Under the pieces are notes generated by a model that saw only the letters and a program-made list of their open reading frames with translations, did no database searches and was not told the DNA's origin. Below are positions 23,658 to 36,076 of a stretch of DNA of 64,000 bases, piece by piece. Within the stretch, counting starts at the first letter, position 1. Every line of letters starts with the position of its first letter. Source of the DNA: Selaginella moellendorffii (lineage: Eukaryota > Plantae > Lycopodiophyta); NCBI RefSeq assembly GCF_000143415.4, contig NW_003314283.1, forward strand, positions 444,752 to 508,751, read 5' to 3'. The position numbers were made by a program, and so were the translations under genes.

Positions 23658-26079
23658 ATGAAGAAGCGCCGAAAATCGGGGCCAGGGAACTCTTCCGATT
23701 TCCTCGAGAAATGGATTCGTGCGGAGGCGCTAGCTCCAGGCAGCAATCCCATGGCAATCAAGCTGCCCCGCCAGGTCCTGGTGAATCCAGCCACCGGCTT
23801 CAAGCCCTACGCTGGAGCCTCGCGGTTTGATCAGCTCCCTCTCTCCGGCAAGACGCTCAAGGGATTGAAAGAGGCCAAGTATGAATCCATGACAGAGATC
23901 CAGCGCGCAGCTCTTCCCCACGCTCTCGCTGGTCGTGATGTTCTTGGAGCAGCAAAGACTGGATCGGGGAAAACGCTAGCATTTCTCATCCCGGTAAGAG
24001 TTCACGAAGGGAACTCTCTTTTTTTCTCACATACTTTTCTGGCTAGCTAGTCGAGAAACTATATCGTCTTCGCTGGAGGAGTGGCCACGGTCTCGCGGGT
24101 ATCGTTATATCTCCAACGAGAGAGCTGGCCGAGCAGATCTTTTTAGAGCTTGGCAAGGTTGCAAAGCATCACAGGTTCTTGACGCGAGGCTTGCTGATCG
24201 GGGGATCTCACGACGTTGGGCTGGAGAGCAATCGCGTCGGGGAGCTGTGCATCCTCGTCGCCACTCCAGGCCGTTTGCTGCATCACTTGCACCAGACTGC
24301 CACTCTCGACTGCACCTATCTCCAGGTACCGCTTCAAAGTTTGTTCTTGCTCGAGCTCGGAGTGTAAGGATCTAACTTTGCAAGGTGCTTGTGCTGGATG
24401 AAGCCGATCGGATTCTCGACTCCGGCTTTGCGAGAGAGCTGACAGACATCTTGGCTGCCCTTCCGAATCAGCGGCAAACTTTGCTCTTCTCGGCGACGCA
24501 GACGCGCTCTGTCAGCGATCTCGCGAGGCTCAGCTTGCGTGATCCGGAGTACCTCGCCGTGCACTCCGAGTCCGCCGTGGCGACGCCAGCCACCTTGCAG
24601 CAAAAGGTGGTGATCGTCAAGCTTCACCGCAAGATAGAGACCTTGTGGCGGTTCATAAAAACGCGACTCTCTTCGAAGCTTTTGGTGTTCCTTTCGACCT
24701 GCACGCAGGTAAGTTGGCCCGTTTTCTTACATTTTCCACCACCTTTCCAAGCAAAGATGATGTGAATCGTCATTCTTCGCAGGTGAAGTTCGTGTACGGG
24801 GCTTTTAAGCACTTGCGACCTGGAGTTCCGCTCTCGTGTCTCCATGGCCGCCAGAAGCAAGGCAAGAGGGACCTGGTTTTCAGCAACTTCAATCAGGCCC
24901 GACCCTCGGTTCTCTTTGCGACTGATATTGCCGCGAGAGGCTTGGATTTCCCGGCAGTAGACTGGGTTGTCCAGGTACGTTGTTCTCTCGAGTTGTGTGA
25001 TCTTAGCTGTGTTCTTTGTTTTTGGAGGTCGACTGTCCAGAAGACGTAGAAACTTACATCCATCGCGTCGGAAGGACTGCTCGTAACAAGCTCAAAGGCA
25101 AGAGCCTCCTGCTTCTGGATCCATCGGAAGTGAAAATGATAGAGCTACTCAGGCAGCACAAGATTCCTATCGAAGAGGCAGCGGAGGCTGCTCCGCGAGG
25201 GGAGTCTTGCGACTTGTCACAACAGATAGGCGCGTGGCTTTCCAAGGATCCCGGACTCAAGCACAGCGCCCAGCGCGCCTTTGTCACTTACGTTCGCTCG
25301 GTCGTCCTGCAGCGGAACAAGGAGGTTTTCAACGTTGGCAAGCTTCCGCTACCCGAGTTTGCGTTCTCTCTCGGCCTGGCGATCGCTCCCCGGATCCGGT
25401 TCCTGGGAAAGCAGGCTGCAAGCGTGAAGAATGAATCCCAGTCCTTGAAGAACGAGCTGGCGAAGTCGTCCTCTTCGTCTTCCAAGGTGGCCGGAGAAGT
25501 TAAGTCTTGCGCGGCTGATGAAGATGGCGACTTGTTCATGCGGCTGAAGAAACGGGGAAGGGACGTGATCAAGCCAGCAGCAGCAGCAGCACCAGGATCT
25601 GTGAAAGCGTAAGTTTTTGTTCGGAGTTTTAGAAGATGGCTCATTGTTTTCGTCTTGCAGACATAAGAAGACGAAGAGGCTAAAGATTGATGCGCGAAGT
25701 GGTACAGGGCAACGTCTGGTGTTCGATGAGGATGGAAGTAGCCAGGACGAGAGAGGAGGTAAAGAACTTTGGAGCTCCAACGCTCGAGTGATCTTGTTTA
25801 GATTTTGTAGGCGGTGTGGAAAGGTTTGATCGGGAGATCGCGGAGAGGTACAAGCGGTTGCAGCAGGAGATGAAGGAGAGGGACAGGCAAGACAAGGTTT
25901 TGGAGCGGCTGAGGCTGCGAGACAAGCGTCTCAAGCGAAAGGCGAGGGAGCGGAAGCTTGATCTTATTGACGAGGATATGTCGGAGCAAGGAGATGACAA
26001 ACCGGAACTCCTCGACTCCTTGTCTCTAGCCGATCAAGAGGCCCTCGCTCTCAAGCTGCTAAGTCGATCAAACCATTGA
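23658..26079 (+). CDS. DEAD-box RNA helicase, DDX10/Dbp4 (plant RH32-like), multi-exon
   Basis: Q motif, [56 protein letters not shown]; [11 protein letters not shown] and C-terminal [12 protein letters not shown] are typical of Dbp4. Confidence 0.92.
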
Positions 26080-26201
26080 CGCTGGCGTTTTGTGTCTGCC
26101 ACAAGAGGATCTAGTTTCGAGAAGAGAATTCGCTTTGCAAAGAACCTGTGATAGACGATCACGTCCACTTTGGTAACACGATGAGCATCTTTGTTGTCAT
26201 C

Positions 26202-29200
26202 CTAGTCGAGAATAGTGTTAACGTTTGAAGTGATGGCTCTCTTTAGCTTGAGAAGCTCATCGATATCGCTCTGGACAACATCGAAGCCAACCTACAAGAA
26301 AAACGAAACTTGAGGTCCCTGAAGAGAAAAAGAAAAAACTAACCAGTCTAAAAACGCTGATGGCGCCAGTGCTGCCCCCGGCCAAGACGACTGGAGCGTC
26401 CTCCGAGAAGAGCAAGCACGAAAGCTTGGTATTCGCGAAAGGATATACAATGACGGGTTTCATCGCCGTGACAGCCATATCCCATATCTGTCGTAGAATC
26501 CGAGCTGAGAAAATTAGAAACAAGGATTTCAGTGCTTGCCTCTAAACGACCGTCGTCCGATACAGTCCCAAAAACGCACGAATGCTTGCAAGACCAGCGA
26601 ATGTCGCCGACGCTTTCATTTGCAGTCTGGAAAACCAGCAATGCGCTTTCCTGCACTGAACATTCCATCCATTTGTATCAACGTAGACGCATCTATACGC
26701 AACGGCTTACTTGTTCTTCGCGCCAGAGCCGAACGCTCCAGTCGCTGCTACAGCTCAAGAAAATATATGGCAAAACGGTGGACCATCTAACCTGCAAACG
26801 AGATGAATCAATCACACATATATAGATAGCGGCATTTTGTTTACCTGAAAAACGGGTCCGGTGTGTCCTACGTAGCTTTGCAAGTATTGTTCGTTATAAG
26901 AACGACTACATTTGTGAATCAGTCCCTCCTCGGTCCCTACCAGATACAAGCTGGAATAGCAAAGCACACATTTATGACCAATTCGAGCACAAGAAAAGTA
27001 CGTCGAAGTACCTTGGGTCCCGAGGAGAGAAATCAAAGCATAACCCTGCTGCATGACGGGATATGAATGGTTGTGGTTGTGCTCCTTTGCTATGAGCCAT
27101 AATCTTTTTGAGTCTCATCAAATTGACGAACTCCAGATCCTATATTTGCGGTTAAGTTTCGCGGAGGAAACACCAAAAAAAACTAACCTTTTTCAAAGAC
27201 CACTGAGAAACTCTACCGTCGGTTGAAATAGATATAAGCGTCTCTCCATGATCAGAAGTAGCATCAATCCATTGTAGCTTCCAAACAGGATCGTTATGCT
27301 TCCCCGTGGAAGCTCCTGTTTGCATCAACGGTTCCCGTTCCTTGTAATTCTTTGCATCATATACAGCCACATTCCCATCGTAAAAGCCAACTGCATAAAA
27401 AACGCCAATGAAGTCAGTTCAAAACAATCAGTAAGCGTACTGTTACCTGCAAGAAGGTTGGGACTATTTGTAGAGAAATCCAAGGCTGTGACATCAGAAT
27501 GTGTTGGTATGGTTGCGTGAGGGTATCTCGGATTTTTTAAAGACCAAAAGGCTATAAGACCGCCCTTTTGCGTCCCGAACTCAAACTCTCCGTATCCGAC
27601 AGTAAGGAGATCCCTACTGGTCTGCGAAAAACGTGCAACAATGTCGGTAAAAAATGGGAAAGGCAAAACCTCTCGCACCTTGTTCCACACCATACAGCTG
27701 ACATTCCTCCCTTCCGTAAGGTCGCACTGGAAATCCCAAAGTTTGTGGACTTGTTCTGCTGAGAGAACATCGCCGCTGGTACCATTACTGCTGGGAGACG
27801 AGGACGCACTTTTTGTCTGAGATACCGGCGAACTAGAGCTGCTATATTTCCGTGGCATAATCCGCTTCTGTTCTCTTGGTTTAAAATCTCGGTAGAACAA
27901 AAGCTGCAAAGACACTTGGAGGCCTTAGCAGAAGTATCGAAATAACGTCAAGATAATTACCTTGTCATGAAAAGTGTTCAAAACGACTGCTCTCTCGGCG
28001 ATTTCCAAGGCTTTGACAAGTCCGGCCAAGCGATTGATATCCACCTTTCGGCTAGCAAACATGGTGAGAGTCATAAGCTCTTCCGCCCCAAGCATGCCTT
28101 CGCCACCAGCTCTCTGCATAGTGTTTGAGATTATGGAGCTTCTTCTCTGTGTTCCCATCAAGCTTCCACGGCCGGATAGCCTACGATTGAACATAATGCT
28201 GCCGCTTATCGATTTCTCAATACTTCCCCTTCGCGAGGTTGAAAAGCTTCCTCGCCGTGAGGGTGATATGCTCGCAGTAGTAGAGCCTCTTCTCGACGGT
28301 GCAATGCTGCCTAGTCCCGATCCTCTTCTAGTTGAAGGATCTATACTTAACAGTCCAGACTCCCTTCGGGATGGAAATCCACCAATTCCAGACCCTCTTC
28401 TTGAACCGGGTAGATTCAAATTTCCAGACATTCTTCGACCCTGTGAATGTGATTTTAGATAAAAACTGCAAACAGTCTTTTACATACCTGTAATAAGGGA
28501 GGAGGCTCACTAGCTTCTTCCAAGTATCCCGCAGATACAAGATCAGCAACACTCTTTCTGTGGTCAGCGGTTTGTTCGGATTCGTCGTCGTCCTCAGTTT
28601 TCAAAGGATCAACTTTTTCTTCTTTTACATTGCCGGAGTAAGAATCTGAGATGTCCCATGAATTTGCCTGTCAACTGGCAGAAATGTGAATGAGTTGTAC
28701 ATCAAAAAGTAACATGCCGAAGGAACAACTTGGCACCTGACACTCTTCAGATTGTTTTGGCAGTGCAAAAAACTGCGCCTCCTTGCATTTTTGCAAGCTC
28801 AAAGCCGTTTGAGCGCTGGAGTCCGAGTAGTTATCGCTACCTATTTTAGCCTGTAGACAAGAGCACGCTACACTATATTTAAGAATTAAAAAGCTGAAAG
28901 TAAAGAAATGTAGCTTACTTCCAAAAGATTTTTGTATCGAGCATTTCGCTCCAAAACTTGTTTGATTGTATCGTAAGTGTTTGACACACTCTCGCCTCTT
29001 AAATTGATTAGAACAAGTGTTTCACTCTCCACCAGATTCACGGTTATATTTCTTGCAAGTTCCTGCTCACATTGAGAGGTAAGAAAGATATTAGAAAATT
29101 AACGTGCCTAACCTGTTCCGTTGGAGGTGGCGCAATGCTAGTCGTGACAATTTCGATACGCTGTGTCCTGACCGGCAAAGCCTCTTGTGGAACTTGAGGA

Positions 29201-29959
29201 ACACTCGATCGTCGGCCACCACCCTCTGCAGAAGGTTCTTTCTCAAGGCCATCCTCGGCTTCAAGATCCGGAGTGAGAGTTCCCAAGCTACTGCTGATTG
29301 AGTATCCAGTGCGGCTGTAAGCAAAAAAATCTTTAGATAGAACAACGACTGAAACGCCTTCTAAAGACCACTTGAACTGGACCTGAAGGTAGATACTCTT
29401 TCGGAATCAGGAGAAAACCGCTCAGGTGGAGCTTGCAACAGTCTCTCGTGCAGTACAGTCGGCCTTAGAGATACTAATGGTTTCGGTGTGACTTCTTTGC
29501 CATTCTCATCAAAGACCTAAGCGAAAGAGTTTCACAGACTTTCATACTTCGCAAGCAGCTCTATGACAATAAGCAGGCCAAAAAAAAAAAAACATACCTG
29601 GATCACCTCTGGCTCATTCTCGCCTCCTTTGATATTCCTGCGCGTCCCTCGCCCGGCTCGAGCAGTAGAACGAATGCTCTTGGTGCTCTTTCTGCAACAA
29701 GGGGAAATAAGTGCGCTGCATTCTCTAAATCTATTGCGCGAGCAATCCATGGCGCGAGCATTGCTTACTTGGACGTGAACGAAACCTGAGAGCTAGCCGA
29801 GAGCCGCCTGGATCGCATCGACGAGACCGATCCAGCGACCGACGCGGTTCCATCGCCACCTCCTCGCTTGAATTTCTCGAGCGCGAGGCCTAGAACAGAG
29901 GGGCTGAGCGACGGCCGCATCTGCGACAGCGATCCCCGCCTCCCGCCATCGTCATCCAT
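26202..29959 (-). CDS. Axonemal dynein intermediate chain, WDR78/DNAI4/IC138-like WD40 protein (many exons)
   Basis: VFDENGKEVTPKPL; LWDFQCDLTEGRNVSCMVWN; DLLTVGYG...GLIAFWSLKNP.YP; KHNDPVWKLQW; LISISTDGRVSQW; YLVGTEEGLIHKCS.SYNEQYL; FLSCSSDWSV. Confidence 0.85.
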
Positions 29960-30551
29960 GTCGCAAGACGATCTTCCCTCCCAAGAGCCCTAGAAATATT
30001 TCCCTGTTCTCTAGAACCCTAAAATTGCAGGGGATAACTACTTGGTCAACCAGTCAACTCCGTTATACTAACGGACCCCGTGGAAAATGTAGCGCGCTCC
30101 GTTTGGTAGACGGAGCAAAGTTTCCGTTAGTTTAGACCAAGTGTGTCTCGAGCTGGCCGGCCCTCATTCATTCATGCATTCAATAGTGGTGTAGTAGTGT
30201 GCTCTTGTCAAAGGGTTGTTCTTCCTCCCATCAGGGTTTGGTGGATCGCGCCATTGATCGATCGATCGGCGCTAGGGTTTGGAGGAAGCAGCGCATCTCT
30301 CAAACGGTGAGTCCGGGGGGCCATTTCGCGGATTTCTCGCGAGAAATCCGCGAGTTTCGGGCGTGGGAATGCGCGCGCGGCACTGGCCAGCGATGATCGA
30401 TGGGACAGGCAGCCTGAGCAGGGAAGCTAGTGAGAATGCGTAGGAGGAAAGGGAAAATTTCCAACTGGAGCCTGGGAATTTTCATCGATCCTGCCAGTGA
30501 TGGATTTGCCGGCTCTTGGATGGAAGTAGAGATTTCTAGCAGTGGTGTGGG

Positions 30552-32887
30552 ATGGGGCAGTGCTACGGCAAGGTTGCCGTGACCGAGGATTCCAAGCCCG
30601 AGGAGAAGGAGGCTTCTTACGCTAGGCAGGATTCCCGGCAAGGAGCTGCGTCTCCATACTCGGTTAAGTCCCATTCTTCTCCATTTCCTCCGGCGAGTCC
30701 GCTGCCCAAGTTTGCGAATTCGCCATTCCGGAATTTCGGTACCTCTCCGGCAACTCCAAGGCGATTTTTTCGACGACCATTTCCACCTCCTTCTCCGGCG
30801 AAGCACATCCAGGCTGCTCTCGCCAAACGGCATGGGACTGCCAAGCCGAAAGAAGGATCCATTCCAGAGGGAAGCGATGTGGAGAAGCCTCTCGATAAGA
30901 ACTTTGGGTATGGGAAGAACTTCACGTCAAAGTACGAGCTGGGACACGAGATTGGCCACGGTCACTTTGGGCATACTTGTCTGGCGAAAGTAAGGAAGGG
31001 GGAGATGAAAGGTCAGTCGGTAGCAGTGAAGATCATAGCCAAAGCTAAGGTACTTATCCTCGTTGTCCATAAGGTAACAGTGGAAATAATTTATTTTGAC
31101 TGGTGTCTAGATGACAACAGCGATCTCAGTGGAAGATGTGCGAAGAGAAGTGAAAATACTCAAGGCTCTCTCGGGTCACCAGAATCTCGTCCGGTTTTAC
31201 GATGCGTGCGAGGACAATCTAAACGTCTACATAGTGATGGAGTAAGACTTGTCTCTCACTGAATCGGTTTCTTTTTTTTTTTTTTTTGTCTTAAAAACTT
31301 TCTCGGTTATCAGGCTTTGCGAGGGAGGAGAACTCCTTGATCGGATATTATCAAGGTTTGTTTTTGTATTTTAGTTCGTTGTCAGTAAGCTGATCCAGTT
31401 TATTGTAATCAGGGGAGGGAAGTACACTGAAGAAGATGCTAAGGTCGTAATAGTACAGATTTTAAGCATTGTTTCGTTTTGTCACCTACAAGGTGTTGTT
31501 CATCGAGACTTGAAGCCGGAGGTAATTTTGTTTTCTCTCTCCAAATGTGTTCGTTTATACCTCGGCTGTAGAACTTCCTCTTTACGACTAAGGACGAGAA
31601 TGCAACTTTGAAAGCTATTGACTTTGGGCTATCAGATTTCATCAAGCCAGGTACGATGCAGCGTTTCGTTGCATTGAAGATATGTTTGTTGACTTGCCTT
31701 CATTTTATCATTCCAGAGGAGCGGCTAAATGACATTGTTGGAAGCGCTTACTATGTGGCTCCCGAGGTCCTTCACAGGTCTTACAGCACAGAGGCAGACG
31801 TTTGGAGCGTTGGTGTTATAGCTTACATCCTTCTTTGCGGCAGCCGTCCATTTTGGGCAGACACCGAGTCGGGAATTTTCCGAGCGGTGATTCAAGCGGA
31901 GCCGAACTTTGTTGATAAACCATGGCCGACCGTTTCTCCCGAGGCTCAAGACTTCGTGAAGCAGCTTCTTCACAAGGATATGAGGAAGAGGATGTCAGCA
32001 GCGCAGGCTCTCAGTGAGTTTCATCTTTCTCTGTTTTTCAGTCAGGTACTGACTAGTTCTTGTGTGCTGGACAGCCCATCCTTGGATACGTGGGAACCAT
32101 AAGGTGCCATTGGATATGCTCGTGTACAGATTAGTGAAGGCATATCTGCGCGCATCTTCTCTCAAAAGAGCAGCATTGAAGGTACTGCGCAAGTTAAAGT
32201 TCTGTGAGGATCTTAAGTTTTCTCTCTAGGCGCTGTCTAAAACCCTGACAGAGGATCACATGTATTATTTGCGATGCCAATTCGCGTTGTTAGAACCAAA
32301 CAAAGGAGGGCGGGTTTCGTTCGAAAACTTCAAAACTGTAAGCTCATGTGGATTTCACAGCTCTCTCTGTGCTTAAGACGGTTTTTTCCCCGTGACAGGC
32401 CTTGATGCGTAGTGCCACTGAGGCCATGAAGGAGTCGCGGGCGTTTGAGATCCTTTCTTCCGTCCGTTTCTTCCAGAAAACATGATATCTTATACTAACA
32501 GTCGCTGTGACAGATGGACGCTCTGGCTTTTAAAAAGATGGACTTTCAGGAGTTCTGCGCTGCGGCAATCAGCGTGCATCAGCTGGAAGCGTCCAGTGGC
32601 TGGGAGACTTTGTCTCGCACAGCCTACGATACATTTGACAGGGAAGGCAATCGCTTGGTTATCATCGAAGAAGTTGCTCGGGTACGCCAAAGTTCTAGTT
32701 TTTTATACTTGGTTCTTGCTTTTCAATGCGAAACTTTCTTCGTTTGCAGGAGGTAGGCCTTGGACAAACAGTCCCCGCTCATCTAGTATTGCGTGATTGG
32801 ATTAGAAGTGATGGGAAACTTAGCTTGATTGGATTTAAAAAGCTGCTTCACGGTGTCACGTCGAGGGCTCGCTCCAGGTTGCAGTAA
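30552..32887 (+). CDS. CRK: CDPK-related kinase (CRK)
   Basis: MGQCYGK acylation-type N-terminus, [51 protein letters not shown], degenerate EF-hands ([17 protein letters not shown]). Confidence 0.93.
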
Positions 32888-33688
32888 CTTATAGAAGCAA
32901 GCAAGCAAGAAAAAAGTGAAGAACAAGAGCGAGAGAGAGAGAGAGAGAGAGAGTTTCCAAATTCTTTGGGAGGGGGGGAATTGAGATCGATGGTAGCTTC
33001 TCCATTTTATAGTGATGGAGGGACGCCTGGCATAGATCATAGATTGTTTATCTAGCTAGATATGATACAGGGAAGAAGAAGGAATTTCCAGGCGCTCAAA
33101 GTTTACATTCTTTGGAGATTTGGCGGAGATTTGTGTCAACCACCAATGTGACACGTAAGCAGAGAAGGAAAACGTGGAAGTTTCGAGCGTTGAGATATCG
33201 CATTCCTGTGCCAAACGATCCACAGTAATTAAACTTTACATTTTTTTGGCACACCACCACCTTGTGATGGAGGATTGTCGATTTCTTTCGTGATGTTTCC
33301 AGTGAATTTCTACGCACGACTTTCTTCCTGCTCAGTCCCACCAGAGAAAAGAAAAAGCGATTAAATTCGAGAAAGCGAAAACTCGATGAAGAGTTTTATA
33401 CTCACCAGGAAGGAATGATCACAGCCTCCACAAGCAATAAACAAGCTTTTCCTTTACATCTAAGACTTGCATTAAAAAAAAAGGGTAAAGAATCCTTTTT
33501 ACATGTATACTACCCATGGCCATTTTATTCTCCCTAAGCACACACTCCCAAAAACGAGACTTTTTGTTTTTGTATACTTATCTACAGACTGTCCTGACTC
33601 TTTTGTTGAGAAGATCTCAACACACACACACAGACAATACATACACTCACAACACAGTATAAGGAGAAAGAATGTCGAGTACCTGGGG

Positions 33689-34587
33689 CTACGTCTCAAA
33701 AGTCTCACCATCTTCGGGCTCTTGATCTGGAATCATGGTCATTAGCATGTTTACCTGGCCCTGGAGCATGCTGTTCTCTCGCTCCATCTGAGCACGCTTC
33801 GTTCTCTCCTGCTGGAGCTGCATTTGGAGGTGCTCCATCGTCCTCGAATCCTCCTCGAGTTGCTCGTTTAGCTCAGTGATCTCCCGGTCCTGGATCACAA
33901 AGTATATCAGAACCAGCGGCAAACTCCGAGAAAGGAAAGAAGAAAAGAGCAATGCATGGAACAAGCAGTGCATGGATAAAGCTAGCAAAGCACACCAACG
34001 AACGAGAAAACGAACCTTGCGGTTCATTTCTTGCACGGCAATGCGTCTCATGCTCTCCACCACATCAACATTGACAAGCTTCCTCTTCTTGCCAATCACC
34101 CAACCTCGGGGATACGTCGCCGTCTCGAAGTCTGGAGGGGGGAGGAAGCTCTCGAGCGATGATCCCTGCGCTTGTCGACCCGTGGAAGGCGCAAGAGGCT
34201 CGTAGAGAGCTCTCTTTCTGTCTGTCAACGGGAACTCGTCCTCTAGAACGATGTTGCTATCGTCCTTGTCTAGTTTCTTACTCGCTGATAGCCTCAACTT
34301 TGCCGGTTTTCTCGATCCCAGAGGTGGTGTATGGATCATAAGTTCCTCTGGAAAGCATTTGCCAACCAGTAAGATCATAAGCTACTTATGAAACACAATG
34401 AGAAACTTTCAAGCAACTTGGCCTAGAAAGAATTGTGAAAGAAAGAAGGAAAGACTAGCAAGCAAGCAACGCTCCAAGAAAGCAAGGAGAAGAAAAAAAA
34501 TCTTCCAATGCATGGATAAGTACCTGGTTTTCCGGAAGTAATTTTGGGATCGATTTCCATTGGCTTGGCTGCTACTTCCAGCGCCAT
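33689..34587 (-). CDS. HEADING DATE REPRESSOR 1-like coiled-coil protein (3 exons)
   Basis: [59 protein letters not shown]; first exon 34587-34524 splices in frame. Confidence 0.8.
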
Positions 34588-35074
34588 CTCCCTAAAGATT
34601 TACCAATCCCACACACACAATCAGCACATTTTCTTTGGCTGCCGAAGGAAATCCCAGCGCAATGGCGGCTGCCGCGAGCTCGGAATCACCAGTGTAAAAT
34701 GCCGAGAAAACCCTATGCCTTGCCGACGAACCTGGCCCAAGGGATCTAGCTCGCTAGCGCCTCCATGGAAGGAATCGAATCGTAATCCGACCGATGCACG
34801 CCGCAGGGGATCAGGGCTAGCGGGACGGGACTGAGAGTGGCACGAAGAAGTAAAAAGGAAGCCCAATGTGCGCTGTTGAACGCTTACTTTCCACGCGAGC
34901 TGGCGCATCGCGACCGTTGAAAGGAATTGCGACAGGGATCTGAGCCGTCGATAGATAGGGTGGTTGGTTCAAGTACTAACTAGTGGAATATCCGTATTTA
35001 AGAATAAATTTGGATATATATCAAACGGCGGTTTATATAATACATTATTAATATTAACATAACTATCATATTTT

Positions 35075-35168
35075 CAAATGTATAGTTATGGTATTGTATA
35101 TTATTATTAGCATAATGAATTTTGTGATTGGTTTCAATCCAAACCACTCATTCTTCTATATAAACTTT
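35075..35168 (+). mobile_element. Eroded LTR remnant of the 4-bp-TSD gypsy family upstream of CVNH copy 5
   Basis: GATTGGTTTCAATCCAAACCACTC...TATATAAAC matches 40939-40978 of the LTR. Confidence 0.55.
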
Positions 35169-35435
35169 CATTGAATATACAATGTTCAAATAGTTTTAAA
35201 ATTTGGCGGAATAATTTATTGAATCACATTGATGATACTTTGAAAAATAACTTACTGTAAGTACATTTGGTTGATAAGTAGTTCTTTTAACTTAGCCTCC
35301 AGAAAATCATTTATTTTTGGGAAATTTGTGTTGTGTAATAATATGTATTTTATTTATATTTATACAGGAACTTCCTATGATACCAGTTCATATATAAATT
35401 TAGATAATATAGATTAGAATATTTTCTAAATATCT

Positions 35436-36053
35436 ATGGCTTTAGTTGTGCAAATCATTTTTACATTGCAATTGATCCTCTTGCTAATTCCATGTTCTTA
35501 TACATATGGGTTGGAAAATGTAAAATCCAATAATATCACTCTTAATAATGCTAAAAATCCTTTCATGACCACAAATAAGACCATATTATGAATGAATATA
35601 AGTGACATTTCTAAAAGCGTGGATGAAATACCAGATGTAAGTCATGTTTTGCTTCTATTGCTTTTACTTATAAAAGTTTGTGACATTTTCCAGTTTGTAT
35701 GTGGGAGATTTGAAGCAACATGTACTAATATCCATCTGCATGTTTATAAAGCTTTAAAAATTATAATACTTGCAGCAAAATGTGATTCTGGGGATGGTGG
35801 ATATGGGAATGTAATGTTGGATATTAATAATGGTATAAGTAACCAATATAGAAGGCCAAATAGAAGAAGTGATTTCACTGACTCTTGCAATATAGATTCT
35901 GTTCAGCTACATGGTTCAATTTTTTGTAGCAAGTTGTATGAATAAAGATTGTTATCTAGATACTTCTTATCTCCACTTAAACTTCCTTGTGATGAATGTT
36001 TTTGGCTCTTTGTTCTTTTGCCCTTTACCATCTCCTAGAATTGAATTGATTTA
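35436..36053 (+). pseudogene. CVNH copy 5, pseudogene
   Basis: Close paralog of 61550-62168; TGG->TGA nonsense at 35589-35591 and a +1 frameshift in the T-run near 35920; an LTR element is inserted just downstream. Confidence 0.88.
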
Positions 36054-36076
36054 TTTTCTATTTTATTATTAAGATT

